Source: Octopus bimaculoides (lineage: Eukaryota). Taken from it: a stretch of DNA of 64,000 bases. The notes beneath the pieces were generated by a model that was not told the DNA's origin, did not search any database, and saw nothing but the letters and a program-made list of their open reading frames with translations. Shown piece after piece: positions 41,998 through 54,866 of the stretch. The position numbers were made by a program, and so were the translations under genes. The DNA is taken from the NCBI RefSeq assembly GCF_001194135.2, contig NC_068982.1, positions 41,769,146-41,833,145 on the forward strand. The letters are read 5' to 3'. Positions within the stretch are counted from its first letter, which is position 1; each line of letters starts with the position of its first letter.

Positions 41998-43015
41998 GCA
42001 AGTATCCATACTATGAACATGTGTTCAAATGGGTTTTAAAAGCAAACATTTGATTGAGCTTATTAATCTGGTTTAGATCTTCCTTTAATTTATAGTTGAG
42101 TATATCTTGTTTTATGTAAAACTGTGGCAGACCTAAATGTTTTGGTTTAATGGCTATGAATAATACATTACTTATTTACATGATATTTATTAGCTTTGAA
42201 GTTTGTATGTGTGTCTCTATTTCTGCAATTGTGTTGGAGAGAATGAGAGGGTGAGAGAGGTGGGAGGAGAGAATATATATATATAAACATAAAATATAGT
42301 TGTTTTGTCCCAATTTTTCTTTGATTTTACATATCTACTATCAAAGGTATTTCAGCTTTATCATTTCCTTTTTATTTTCAAGTATAGTGTCAGTAGTTCA
42401 AGTGTTCAGTAATTCATGACAGTGGGGTGTGGTTTGAGGGAGGTGTGGATGTTATTTCTAGTATTTTGAGTGATTACATAGAAGTTCTCTTGTTGGTTCA
42501 TGCTAGAGATAATAGATGTGTTTGATGGAGAGAGAAATCATAGATGTATAAAAGAAAGTGTGAGAAAGATATGTTTCTCTATGTTTTAATAAAGAGCTTC
42601 AGAAAATGAAAAGCTTCAAATTTATACCTGCCTAAAATATGAATAGAGAACAGAAGATGTATACTCTGTACAGATTTTTAATAATTCATAAAATGTGAAC
42701 TGTGCCAGTGCCACGTAGAAGGTGCCAGTACAGCATAGAAAACACCCATACTGGTGCCACATAAAAGTAGCCATGCTGGTGATGCGTAAAAGCACCCAAT
42801 ACACTCAGTAAAGTGGTTGACATTAGAAGGGCATCCAACCATAGAAACCATGCTACAGCAGACAAATGGAACCCAGGCACCTCTCCAGCTGGTCAGCTCC
42901 TGTCAAACCATGCCAGCATGGAGAATGGACATTAAAAGATGATGATGATGAAAAGACAGAGAATGTGAGTTTAGAATGGTGGGTTATTTCCATAATTGAA
43001 ATGAGTTAAAAAAAC

Positions 43016-43091
43016 ATATTGTTATATTTGGGGATGGTCATTCTTTTGCCAATTAACCACATGCACTATGTACTTGATCTTTACTTCAGCT

Positions 43092-43126
<35 letters not shown>

Positions 43127-43336
43127 TTAGTGTCTTTTGTATGAAATCTACCATCACACATCCTGTGACCTCTTCAGCAACTCTTTATCCCATGTGTCTC
43201 TTCCTGTTCTGTTTAATCCATTGTCTGAGAATGGACTAAACAGAACAAGAGGAGACACATGGGATGGAGAGTCACTGACGAAGTCACTGACGAAGTCACT
43301 GGATGTGTGACAAAAGACCAAGGCAAAGGATACTAA

Positions 43337-43378
<42 letters not shown>

Positions 43379-43453
43379 GCTGAAGTAAAGATCAAGTACA
43401 TAGTGCATGTGATTAATTGACAAAAGAATGACCATCCCCAAATATAACAATAT
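43016..43453. repeat. About 440-bp fold-back palindrome with (AAT)n in each arm
   Basis: Arms pair from atattgttatatttggggatgg to ccatccccaaatataacaatat around a 7-nt loop (43223-43229), with one mismatched internal block. Confidence 0.9.
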
Positions 43454-45084
43454 CTGTTTCAACACATGATTTCACATCAGGAATCTTGCAAAATATATAC
43501 ATAAACATAACATATTTAGTTTTCTTTCTTCACATTGTCTATAAAAGGAAAAGGAAAAAATGACACTCCTTCTTCATAGTTGAATGATTTATTATAGTAA
43601 GTTTGCTCACTTACTGCAACATTACCCTACTCCCTGCAATAGGAAAGCTTACAAATTCAACAATGAAATCATCCAATTAGAAGACTATCTCTGATGTTTA
43701 TTATTATTATTCAATGCTGTCTCTTCCTGCTTTAGAAGTAGGAGAAAACACACATGCACGCACGCACGCATGCATGTGCGCACACACATACACAAAGACA
43801 GGTTATTTTAATCAAACAGTTACTAATTTTGCACTGTGGTTTATTATCCCATCCAGGCTATGATTTTCTCTTTAAATTTTCACATGGACTAGTGCGTCCT
43901 ATGTTGAATTTTAGTGGAAATTACTAAAGAAGGCATGAGTTTATATAATAAAATTATATTGGATCTTGGTGTGTCATGCTTATGCTTACTAAAAACACAG
44001 TGTCCTATTTATATTCTAATCTTGACAGATTTTTAAAACGTGTTTAAAGTATAAGTATTGCACCTAGTTCGAATATTGTGTTTCGAAGAAAAATTTTGAT
44101 CCCTCTAAACACTCAGTACCCTTCTCATAGCAGCCCATTCATATTTGCTGATCCTTTGTCAGTTCACTCTGTCCCTTATGGGAGTATCTTTTTTTTATTT
44201 AAATGGTTCTTAAAATGTGTGTGTGTACTGTCAGTCATCACTTACTGTTCCCTTTTTCCCTCCCAACTCATATGTATTGTCGTCCAACATTTACTATATG
44301 CACCCTTCATCTCTACCCAATTTTTACAGTCATTACCTACTCTTCCTTACCATCCCACTAATATATAGTCATCATTAACCACTCCTGAACCTTGTTTTTT
44401 ATTCATTATATGGTCCCCTCACCTGTTTCCTGTCTCTACTCTTTCCTCACTCTTGTACCCACCTGCTGTTCTTTTGTCTCCAATCACTTCTACTCACCTT
44501 CTTATACCTCGAGAATCCACTCTGACACCTTGTTTTCATCATCATCATTTAACATCTGTTTTCCATGCTGGCATGGGTTGGATGGTTTGACAGGAGCTTG
44601 CAAAGCTAAGAACTGCACTAGATTCCATAGTCTGTTTTGGTTTGGTTTGGTTTCGTCTTTATGCCAACCACTTTACTGAGTATACTGGGTGCTTTTTATG
44701 TGGAATTGGCATTACTATTTTATCTCTCTTCCCAGCTCCATCCCATTACTTCCACCTACTCTTCTATAATGTGAGTAGCTATGTAACTCCTCTATAGCAC
44801 AAAACCTCTTCTCTTGTTATCTTCTTTCATACTTTCTCATCTCATAGTTTAGCATAATACCAACTCCTTCTCTACTGTAGCCTAACACAGTCAAAGAAGA
44901 TTTTGGTCTTGCAAGCCACATGGTGACTTCGCTAGTACTGGGGGCCATACAAAATAGCATCCAATATACTCTGTAAAGTGGTTGGCATTAGGAGGGATAT
45001 CCAGCCATAGAAACCATGTATGTACTTGTGTGTGTGCGTGTGTGTGTATTAATTTACTTATTTATTTATTTATTTATTTTACAG

Positions 45085-45207
45085 GAGATTTCAACAAAAT
45101 GTGATAAGATAACACTGCTTGAGCAAGAAAAATCTGCCTTGATTAGAGAACTCTTTGAATCCCGATCTCAGAACAAACCCAATTTGGATGATACCACTTT
45201 CATGTGA
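45085..45207 (+). CDS. SAPCD2: SAPCD2-like terminal coding exon
   Basis: (TTTA)n-ttttacag| EISTKCDKITLLEQEKSALIRELFESRSQNKPNLDDTTFM-TGA; human C-terminus EVTEKSERITQLEQEKSALIKQLFEAR...LDSTFI (from memory). Confidence 0.92.
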   Translation, partial: EISTKCDKITLLEQEKSALIRELFESRSQNKPNLDDTTFM

Positions 45208-46567
45208 AAACATGGACAATTCTACTGAGTTATTGCTCACCTGTAATCTCTTCAAAACCTTTAACCAGAATTTGGAAGCTAAAGGTCCTCTTGGTGTATT
45301 CTATCTTCACAATCTCCACAATGTGTTTTTATTTATCTTTATCTTCATTGGCATAAATGATAAACTGACAGAGTGAAATGCCTTATGGTATATTTCTTTA
45401 TGGTCTAAATTAAAATTATTTTTATTGAAAAAAGTTAGCATGCCAGGCAAAATGCTTAGCAGCATTTTCGTCTGTCATCTGTCGTCAATAAATTAAGTAC
45501 TAGTCATGCACTGGGGTCGATGTAATTGACTTAACCCCTTCCCTGAAATTGCTGGCCTTGTGCCAAAATTTGAAACCGTTATTGAAAAAAGTGATTGGTA
45601 TCATATTAAATGTTCAGTATCATATTAAATTTTTTGATGTATGTATTGTGTTCCGAGTTCTAGGCCACTGAGAACAACTGTATTGTTTCATCTTTCCAGA
45701 CTGTGGTATATTCAGCAATATAAATACTGGTCAAGTACTGTGATTTGATTCAGCTGACTGCTCCTTTCCTCCAAATATCTGTGCCCTTGTGCCTCAGCAA
45801 GAAACCATTATTATTTGGCTGAATCATTAAAATCAATGGTCAAAGTGTATTGTGGTGTGTTTGTTCTGGCTATTTACATTTTGAGTTCAAATCCCATAAA
45901 AGGCTACATTGCCTTTTATTTGGGGTGGGGTTGATAAATAAAGCCCTAATGTTGATTTAATAAACTAAATTCTCACTCACAAAAATTTGTGGCCTTGTGC
46001 ATAGATTAAAAATTATTATTAATTATTAACTTTGCAGTGGATTAGCATGATCATTAAGGCATCAGAAAAATGCCTTGCAGCATTTCTTTTGGCTCTTAAA
46101 ATTGAGGTTCAAATCCTTCCAAAGTCATCTTTACCTTTTCATATTTTGGGGGTGGTTGGATGGGTGATAAAAATAAAGTACCACTTAAGAACTGGATTAA
46201 TATAATCAACTAGCCTCTCTCCTTCCCTTTCAAAAAAAAAAAAATTAAATTCTGGCTTTGTACTTATGTTAGAAAAATGATTATTATGAAAGTGCTGGCT
46301 TAGCAGAATCATCAAATCATGAAACAAACCATCTTGTGATATTTAGTCATGGCCTTATATGCTCGGAGTTCAAATCCTGACAAAGTTAAATTTGCCTTTC
46401 ATCATTGGAAAGTCAATAAAATAAATTATTAATCAAGCCCTTGGGGCCAGTGTAATCAACTTTTCACCGCCTTAAACAAGGCCAAGTTTTCATAGCACTG
46501 CTATATTCCTTCACGGTTTGATAAAATCTGTCGTCGTCATCATCATTATCACCACCACCACCACCAC

Positions 46568-46605
<38 letters not shown>

Positions 46606-46609
<4 letters not shown>

Positions 46610-47115
46610 CGCTGTAAAAACCAGAAAAGAAGAAAGATGGAGAAAAAAACATAGATTCTCACCAAGAGAAGAACTGATTTCAGCAAAAGAAACACTGCAA
46701 CAAAAAGTTCAAGCAAAAGCTCAAAGAATATGAAGATTTTAGAAGAGAAACAAGTTTTACAAGCAAAATAAGCTGTTCACATCCAGTGTGAAAACATTCA
46801 ACAGAGAAATAGGGAAGGAGAAAATAACTGTTGAAAACCCCACCACCTGCCATGGAAGAAATTGAAAACTTTTGGAAAAATATCTGGGGTGATGAAAAGA
46901 CTTACGATGAAAATGCAGACTGTATTAGATGCACAAAAGGATCCTACCAAAACTTACCAGAATAAGCATGGGAAGACATAACAATAGAAGACCTAAGGAC
47001 GACACTCACAAAGGCTCATAAGTGGAAATCCCCTGGTAATGATAGGGTGCCAAATTTCTGGCTCACCTCGCTCCCATACACACATGAAAAGTTAGCTCAG
47101 TTATTCAATGAAATT
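46606..47115 (+). mobile_element. R4/Dong internal fragment directly after an (AAT)n microsatellite
   Basis: QAKAQRI..NKFYKQNKLF..EEIENFWKNIW..ITIEDL..KAHKWKSPGNDRVPNFWL. Confidence 0.8.
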
Positions 47116-48089
47116 ATGATGGGCTTCTTTTAGTTTCCAGGCTTTGGTCAACTTGGAGCTATAATAGAAGATACTTGTAGAAGATGCCACACAATAGGAC
47201 TGAACCCAGAACCATATGGTTGGGAAGCAAACTCCTTACCACAGTCACACCCAAATGTATCAGATATTAATTATTATGTTTCATTGTTGTAATTATTTAA
47301 AAACTTGGAGCCCCTGGTTAACATTAGGGCTTTTGTGTGTCAAAATTCTCAGTTTTTACCTGATGTTTTCCCTCCTTTTCTTGTAATTTAAAAATTTTTA
47401 TAATTAATTTCAGTTCTGCTGTCATTCTCTAAAACTTCAAAACAGAAAAAGAAGAAAATATAAAAAAAAAAAAAACGTGTTTTGTGTATACAGATTTACA
47501 TTTGTTATTTCATTTTGATATATTTTTAAAACTTTATTTATTTATCTTAGTCATTTTACAGCATATTTAATTCCTACTTTGTATGTTGGAACCGAAAATA
47601 ACCTAAACGCTATTACATGACATAAATGAACTAAAGATGCCAATGATGAGGATATATTGACTTCGTTAATTAATTTATTTGTGGGAGGAGGTTGGGATGT
47701 CTATGATTATATTTCAGTGCAACTTTTATAATGTTACATGTCAGACATTACACTCTTTAATCATTCTCTCATTAATTACAATTTCAGCCTCACTTTCATT
47801 TTAACAGAATTTCTCTCTGATATGCTCAATATGTGTGTGTGTGTGTATATATGTGTTCATTTCTCTCCCATTTCTCATGCACACACGTGTGTGTGTGTGT
47901 GTGTGCAGCTATACATATTTCAGAGTCGAGCTTGTCTAGCAAATGACATGATCTGAGACTGTGTGCTGAAACTGAAGCAATTACATTGTGGAGAAAAAAA
48001 CATTCTAACCATTTGATAACACATAAAGCTGTTAAATTCATTTTAAATTTATATATATATTTCATGATGTATTAAAATTTTCATTGAAC

Positions 48090-48130
<41 letters not shown>

Positions 48131-48649
48131 ATGGAGAGAGAGAGAAAGAGAAAATTGGTCTTGTAATTTAAGCAAGGAATTGGTGTTTATTCCATCAAAA
48201 TGCTTACTTTATCAATGAATATGTTTGATCAAAATGTGCTTCTGGCTTGGTTTCTTGGATATTATTAGAAAATTATATGGTAAAAAAATAAAACTGTGTC
48301 AGTCTTATTCATTTTCTTTGGAGTACTTCATATCAGGTAATAATAAAATACTAATTAGATTAATTTTCATGTCAGAAGTAGAATTAGTTCTAATTGATTC
48401 AATTTTACGTTCTGTATCTAATAGGGATGTTTCTTTTCTTTTTTCTTTTCTTTTCGTCTTCTCAGACAGTTATAAAAATAAACGTTAAGTACAGAATTTT
48501 TTTTTATATAATCTTACTCACACGTCACTTCAATTTCTATTGTTGTCAGTTTTTGTTAGGAACAGATTATAGTCACTCAAACCAACCTTAATACTGATAT
48601 TTATAATTAGTATTTATTCATTCCATCCATCTCTGCCTTCCATTCCAGG

Positions 48650-49100
48650 GAGGGTTATGGTGGGGAAAGTCCTCAAGCACCTCATCCATAGGGTCCAACT
48701 AGAAGCAACCACCACTAGACTTTCCAGCTGGATTCCCAAGTACGACTGACTGAGACTATGGATATTATTCAACTATCTTGTTTTTGATCTATTCTTAGGT
48801 CTTCTGTTAGTTGGCTCAGCTTGAAGAATTCACCTTGCGATCCTTTCCTGTGACATTCTTATCACATGTCTACAGTACTGCAGCTCTGACTTCTCACTGT
48901 AGAGAAATAATGGCTCAACCTGGAGAGACTCATTGATCTCTAAAACTACAGACCCTGTTGAGTAATGTTACTCCTGAGATTCTTCAGAGGAACCCCTTTT
49001 GGCTACATGTATTTGCAATTATACTCTTTCACTCATTCATAACCATAGGTGAGGATAAGCATACAAACCAAATTGAAGAACATGAGTTTGGCTGAGGATC
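48650..49100 (-). mobile_element. Older RTE-like LINE 3' fragment
   Basis: Minus strand GFL.RISGVTLLNRV followed by degenerate RTE C-terminal motifs; many stops. Confidence 0.5.
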
Positions 49101-50870
49101 AAATGCCATTTATTATTAATATTTATTTTTTTGTATTTCGTCTGTCTTCACATTCTGGGTTCAAATTCTGCTGATGTCACCTTTGCTTTTCATCCTTCAG
49201 GTAAATTAAGTACCAGTGGAACATTGGGGGTTGATGTATTTGACTAGTCCCCTTCCCTCAAAATTTCAGGTTTTAGTAGAAAAGATTATTAGTATTCATT
49301 CTTATGGTTTATAATTAGAATTAAAAGTGGAGTTATCTCCAGAAGGATTTGAATACATAGTGCTTTTAGATACAAAACTGAATATTGTAAAGTCTTACAT
49401 GATATCATTTCTTCTAACTTGTCCATCTACTTAAGACGCCAACATTTCAAAAAATTTAACCACCTGTGTATTTTTTCAAAAGAATGGCAAATTATTGAGT
49501 TATATCTGTATTTTTGCTATATCAGGATATTCATAAGCTTAGATTGAACCTGAAGACCTTTATTTTATGTACTGAGTCTGCTATTCTAACAACTGGCCTT
49601 TAATCCTCAAAGATGGTTTGAAAGAATAACAATTAAAATTGTGAGTCAGCAGCACGTCCAAGATAAAGAAAATAATCTGTAAAACAAGTTATACATTTCT
49701 TATTATAGCAACCAGAAAATTCAGTGGTTCATTTAACATCATCAGGATGAAAATTACTTTATTCTCACTGCTAGCTACCTGCAAAGAGATACTTTAGCAA
49801 AATATAGCTCACTGCTATGGTTACCCTGAACTCTTTATCATTGGAAAACATTTTGTTTCATGATAGTGCTAGACATAAATACTTCTGCAGAGTACCGGAG
49901 AATTGGTAAATACTGACAGCTTGAAAAAAAGTAGATAAAAGCTCCAGTGTATTACTGGTACTTTTATCAGCTCTTGTTGGATGATAAACAGAATGAAACC
50001 CAGCATGGTGATATCCTCTATATTCTGACTACTCTAAATATTAGAAAACCATTCAATTTCTTATTCCACTAATTCTGACAATTTTTACTGATTGCGTTAT
50101 CTTACTGTAATATTAGTACCTGAATAAAGGCAGTGAGCTGGTAGAATCATTATCATGCCAGGTAAAATGCTTAGTGGTGTTTTGTCCATCTGTACATTCT
50201 GAGTTCAAATTCTGTCAGAGTTGACTTTGCTTTTTGTCTTTTTTGGGGGTCAATAAAATAAGTACCAATTGAACTCTGGGGTCCATGTAATCATGTTACC
50301 CCCTCCCTCTAAATTTCTGGCCTTGTGCTAAAATTTGAAATCAATCTTGCAAAAATGGAGTCTCTACAAGATTAATTCAATCTGCTAGAAATAACCATGA
50401 AATATCTCTCAAATTACAAACTACAATCTTGGAAAATGAGGAACACATTGGAAGATATAGTCCAAAATACACAATACCCAAGGAGAGAATGAAAGGGTCA
50501 TAGCAAGAACACTTTTAATCATAGGTCTGTTCCATTAGGTCTGACCTGGGGCTAAACAGCCACATGTAAACTGACATTTAACAAAGTAGCCTCTGTGTGA
50601 TCTCTCAGTATGTTAGGAATAACAACCAAATCCTTCAAACCTCACCTTAAATAAAGAGGACAATGTAATCCCCAGTATTCAAAACAGTAGGATGGTCACA
50701 GCTGAAATGTCTGTAATAGGTTTGTTCGGTCAAGGCTAACCTGAACAATAATAACATGCATAAACTGAACAAAGAGCTTCTGTTACCCTGCTCAATATAA
50801 CATTCAAATTTCAAGCATCTCATAAAGCAAGATTTCTATACATCTTAAATTTGCATAAAAACTTGTGGTG

Positions 50871-50948
50871 GGGCAGTTTAGTTTAATTGGTCTAAGAGCA
50901 CTGCAACGCGTAATCACGGAGGTGTGAGTTCTAGTCTCATAGCTGGCC
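50871..50948 (+). pseudogene. tRNA-like pseudogene or isolated SINE head
   Basis: Partial acceptor stem GGGCAGT/GCTGGCC, D-arm-like GTTT..GAGC, T-arm GTGAG-TTCTAGT-CTCAT, T6 run at 50957-50962; anticodon stem broken. Confidence 0.4.
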
Positions 50949-53044
50949 GCCTACACTTTTTTCTGCAAAATAAGGGTAGTTTATCCTGTTCAGGCTATAT
51001 TATTAGCATTATCCTGTGTTTGAGAATTTAAAGATCACTTCTTTAACTTTATAAAGCTAAAGATTCCAGGTTTGAATCCTGGCAAGCACGAAAAAATATT
51101 TTTAGGTGAAGGAGTTGCTGTGTGGTAAGTAGCTTGCTTACCAACAACATGGTTCCAGGTTCAGTCCCATTGAGTGGCACCTTGGGCACTACTATAGCCT
51201 CAGGCTGACCAAAGCCTTGTGAGTGGATTTGGTAGGTGGAAACTGAAAGAAGCCCATCATATATATATATGTATATGTTTGTGTGTCTGTGTTTATCCCC
51301 CTGCCATAACTTGACAACTGATGTTGGTGTGTTTACATCCTTGTAACTTAGCTGTTCGGCAAAAGAGACTGACAGAATAAGTACTAGGCTTACAAAGAAT
51401 AAGTCCTGGGGTTGATTTCTTCAACTAGAGGCGGTGCTCCAGCATGGCCACAGTCAAATGATTGAATCAAATAAAAGAATAAAAGAAAAATGGTGTAATA
51501 AGACTAAAACATATCATTTTCATCAGTTCAGATCCAATCCAGTCCATATTGTTTATTTTGTCCAAACTTTCCAAAGAGCTGACTTTATTGGAATTAGCTC
51601 CCTTCCTTTTAAATTTTTTTAACCCCTAGAAGTTTTTTGTTTATTAACTCCTTGAATATTCTCAGTTAATTGAAGTTTTTCAAGTCAGTATATTGCATAT
51701 GATAGACCCTTCCGTTATATTTTAATATCACTTTTCCATGCTTGCATGGGTCAGATGGAATTTGCTGGGGCAGATTTTTTTATGGCTGGGTACCTTTCCT
51801 GTCACCAACTCTCACTTGTTTCCAACCAAGGTAATATTTTCCCTTAGCTAGACATGTTTTTCAGGAAAAACTGGAAAAGAACAACCTTGTTAGTATGATG
51901 ATAATGCTTATTACAACCACCACGTATTGTCTAGGTAAGGGTACACACACACACTCGTACACACATATAGATATCTTTCTCTCTCTCTCTCTAGATATAT
52001 ATATATATATATATANNNNNNNNNNNNNNNNNNNNNNNNNNNNNNNNNNNNNNNNNNNNNNNNNNNNNNNNNNNNNNNNNNNNNNNNNNNNNNNNNNNNN
52101 NNNNNNNNNNNNNNNNNNNNNNNNNNNNNNNNNNNNNNNNNNNNNNNNNNNNNNNNNNNNNNNNNNNNNNNNNNNNNNNNNNNNNNNNNNNNNNNNNNNN
52201 NNNNNNNNNNNNNNNNNNNNNNNNNNNNNNNNNNNNNNNNNNNNNNNNNNNNNNNNNNNNNNNNNNNNNNNNNNNNNNNNNNNNNNNNNNNNNNNNNNNN
52301 NNNNNNNNNNNNNNNNNNNNNNNNNNNNNNNNNNNNNNNNNNNNNNNNNNNNNNNNNNNNNNNNNNNNNNNNNNNNNNNNNNNNNNNNNNNNNNNNNNNN
52401 NNNNNNNNNNNNNNNNNNNNNNNNNNNNNNNNNNNNNNNNNNNNATATATATATAATATAAATAAAATATAGATATATGCATATATCCATACATATATGC
52501 ACATACCTACATCTATATGTATACATACAGGCATATATGGGTACAGGACATTAAAAAAAAATGTTAAACACAATGAGAAACGAAAACAGAAAACAAACTT
52601 TTTTCGAACAATGAAAAAAGCAAACAGAGAAACAAGACATGCAGCATAAAGAGTGTGTCCCTTCGTCAGTTGTCCCTGTTCCATCTACTCAGCATTTCGA
52701 AGGCAAAATGGGCTTCTTTCAGTTTCCATTTATCAAATCTACTCACAAGGCTATAATAGAAGACACTTGTCCAAGATGCCATGCAGTGGAACTGAACCCA
52801 AGACCTTATGGTTGGGAAGCAAGCTTCTTAATCACACAGCCATGCCTGCACCTATTTCTATTTTATATGCAGAATGCTATCCTGAGGTGTTTTCCCTTGG
52901 CTTTATTGTTGATATCAGCAATAAAACACAGAATAATCACAATTTTCCTTAAACTGAACACATTACTTTAATAGCCATATTTTATGCGCATAACAGAATG
53001 ACTTAGATTACTTCATTATTAAATCCCTTTAATGTTTACTGTAC

Positions 53045-53270
53045 TGAAGGTGGCGAGCTGGCAGAATCGTTAGCACACTGGGCAAAATGCTTAGTGATAT
53101 TCCATTCATCCTAACTTTATGAGTTCAAATTCCACTGGGGTCAACTTTGCCTTTCATCCTTTTGAGGCCAATAAAATAAGTACCAGTTGAACACTGGGGT
53201 CGATGTAATAGACTCAACCTCTCCTCCAAACCTGTTGGCTTTGTACCAAAATTTGAAATCAATATTTACT
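53045..53270 (+). mobile_element. tRNA-derived SINE family B with Nin/Deu-like central domain
   Basis: ggtggcgagctggcagaatcg (A box) ... gagttcaaattcc (B box) ... ctttgcctttcatccttttgaggccaataaaataagtaccag (Nin/Deu-like). Other copies at about 5310-5470 (-), 26690-26960 (-), 33355-33770 (two), 39260-39480 (-), 45435-46490 (array), 50125-50345, 53282-53500, 58000-58260, 59960-60195. Confidence 0.75.
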
Positions 53271-53585
53271 GTACTACCATATAAGGTGGTGATCAGGCAG
53301 AATCACTACCATGCAATATAAAATGCTCAGTGGCATTTCTTCCAACTTATCATTCCGAGTTCAAATGTTGCCAAGGTCAACTTTGCCTTTTGTCCTTTTG
53401 GATTTGGTAAAATAAGTACCAGTTGAGCATTGAGATTGATGAATCAACTTACCCTTTCTTCCACCAATTGCTGGCCTTGTACGAAAATTTGAAACCAATG
53501 TTGTGTGTAGTGTAGATAATATATTAAACTTAAGACAAGCTGACAACTATAGCATGAAAACTAATATTGGTGTTCTTTTGAATTA

Positions 53586-54378
53586 TTGAATGTGAATACC
53601 CGTCAGAGTGTAAGTATCTTGAGAGAAAAGCTGAACATTAGAAGCATCAGTTGTGGCGTGCAAGAGAGACGATTGCGCTGGTATGGACATGTGGTGAGAA
53701 TGGAGGAGGATAGCTGCGTGAAAAAGTGCCACACCCTAACAGTTGAGGGAACCCGTGGAAGAGGTAGGCCCAGGAAGACCTGGGCTGAGGTGGTGAGGCA
53801 AGACCTTCGTACATTGGGCCTCACCGAGGCGATGACTACGGACCGAGACCTTTGGAAATGTGCTGTGCGTGAGAAGACCCGGCAAGCCAAGTAAGATCGT
53901 TGCCAGTGCCCCTGGACTGGCTTGTGCGGGNNNNNNNNNNNNNNNNNNNNNNNNNNNNNNNNNNNNNNNNNNNNNNNNNNNNNNNNNNNNNNNNNNNNNN
54001 NNNNNNNNNNNNNNNNNNNNNNNNNNNNNNNNNNNNNNNNNNNNNNNNNNNNNNNNNNNNNNNNNNNNNNNNNNNNNNNNNNNNNNNNNNNNNNNNNNNN
54101 NNNNNNNNNNNNNNNNNNNNNNNNNNNNNNNNNNNNNNNGGGTGGCACATAAAAGACACCATTTCGAGCGTGGCCGTTTTCGTGCGGGTGACACGTAAAA
54201 GCACCCACTACACTCTCTGAGTGGTTGGCGTTAGGAAGGGCATCCAGCTGTAGAAACTCTGCCAAATCAGACTGGAGCCTGGTGTTGCCATCCGGTTTCA
54301 CCAGTCCTCAGTCAAATCGTCCAACCCATGCTAGCATGGAAAGCGGACGTTAAACGATGATGATGATGATGATGATGA
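53586..54378 (+). mobile_element. 5'-truncated RTE-clade LINE: ORF 3' end plus 3' UTR with (ATG)n tail
   Basis: ORF ...RRLRWYGHVVRMEEDSCVKKCHTLTVEGTRGRGRPRKTW..DRDLWK (53586-53894), typical RTE C-terminus; ends catggaaagcggacgttaaacgatgatgatg; N-gap 53931-54139 inside. Confidence 0.88.
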
Positions 54379-54521
54379 CTTGAGGGAAGTGTTAGTTGTT
54401 ATTTATGCCAGGCCTGATAAAAGGTATTCTAGTATGACCATCTCATCATTTTTCTGGCCACAGTGTGTGTAGGACTAGATTATTTAACCCTTTAGCATTC
54501 AGATTATTCAGTCAAATGTAA

Positions 54522-54866
54522 AAGGGGTAAAGATCCCCTTCGGTCATGAATGACCATGGGATTGCACCTAGAAAGTTACCCTCTGAGGCACAAGTCCAGG
54601 CAAGGTTGTTTATGGAAGACCAGAAGTCACCCATGCGTACCAGCTTTCCCTCTTCACGCTGCTGATGTTATCCAAGGGAAAGGCAAAGGCCAATACAGCT
54701 TGGCACCAGTAATGTCACAACTCCTTTTTACTGCTGAATAAACTGAACAATGTGAAATTAAGTGTCTTGCTCAAGGACACAACACACAGCCTAGGTCAGG
54801 GAATTGAATGCACTACCTTATGATTATGAGCCTAACACTCTAACCACTGACTCATGTGTCTTCTCA
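54522..54866 (-). mobile_element. tRNA-derived SINE family D inserted in a piggyBac-like MITE
   Basis: Head (minus) gagtcagtggttagagtgttaggc ... cattcaattccc, CORE-like ttgagcaagacactt; 10-bp TSD TCAAATGTAA at 54512-54521 and 54867-54876. Confidence 0.7.

Noticed and set aside
52640-52710. Minus-strand GAAA ... CTGACGA as a permuted hammerhead
   Set aside because: Could not form convincing stems I and III by eye.
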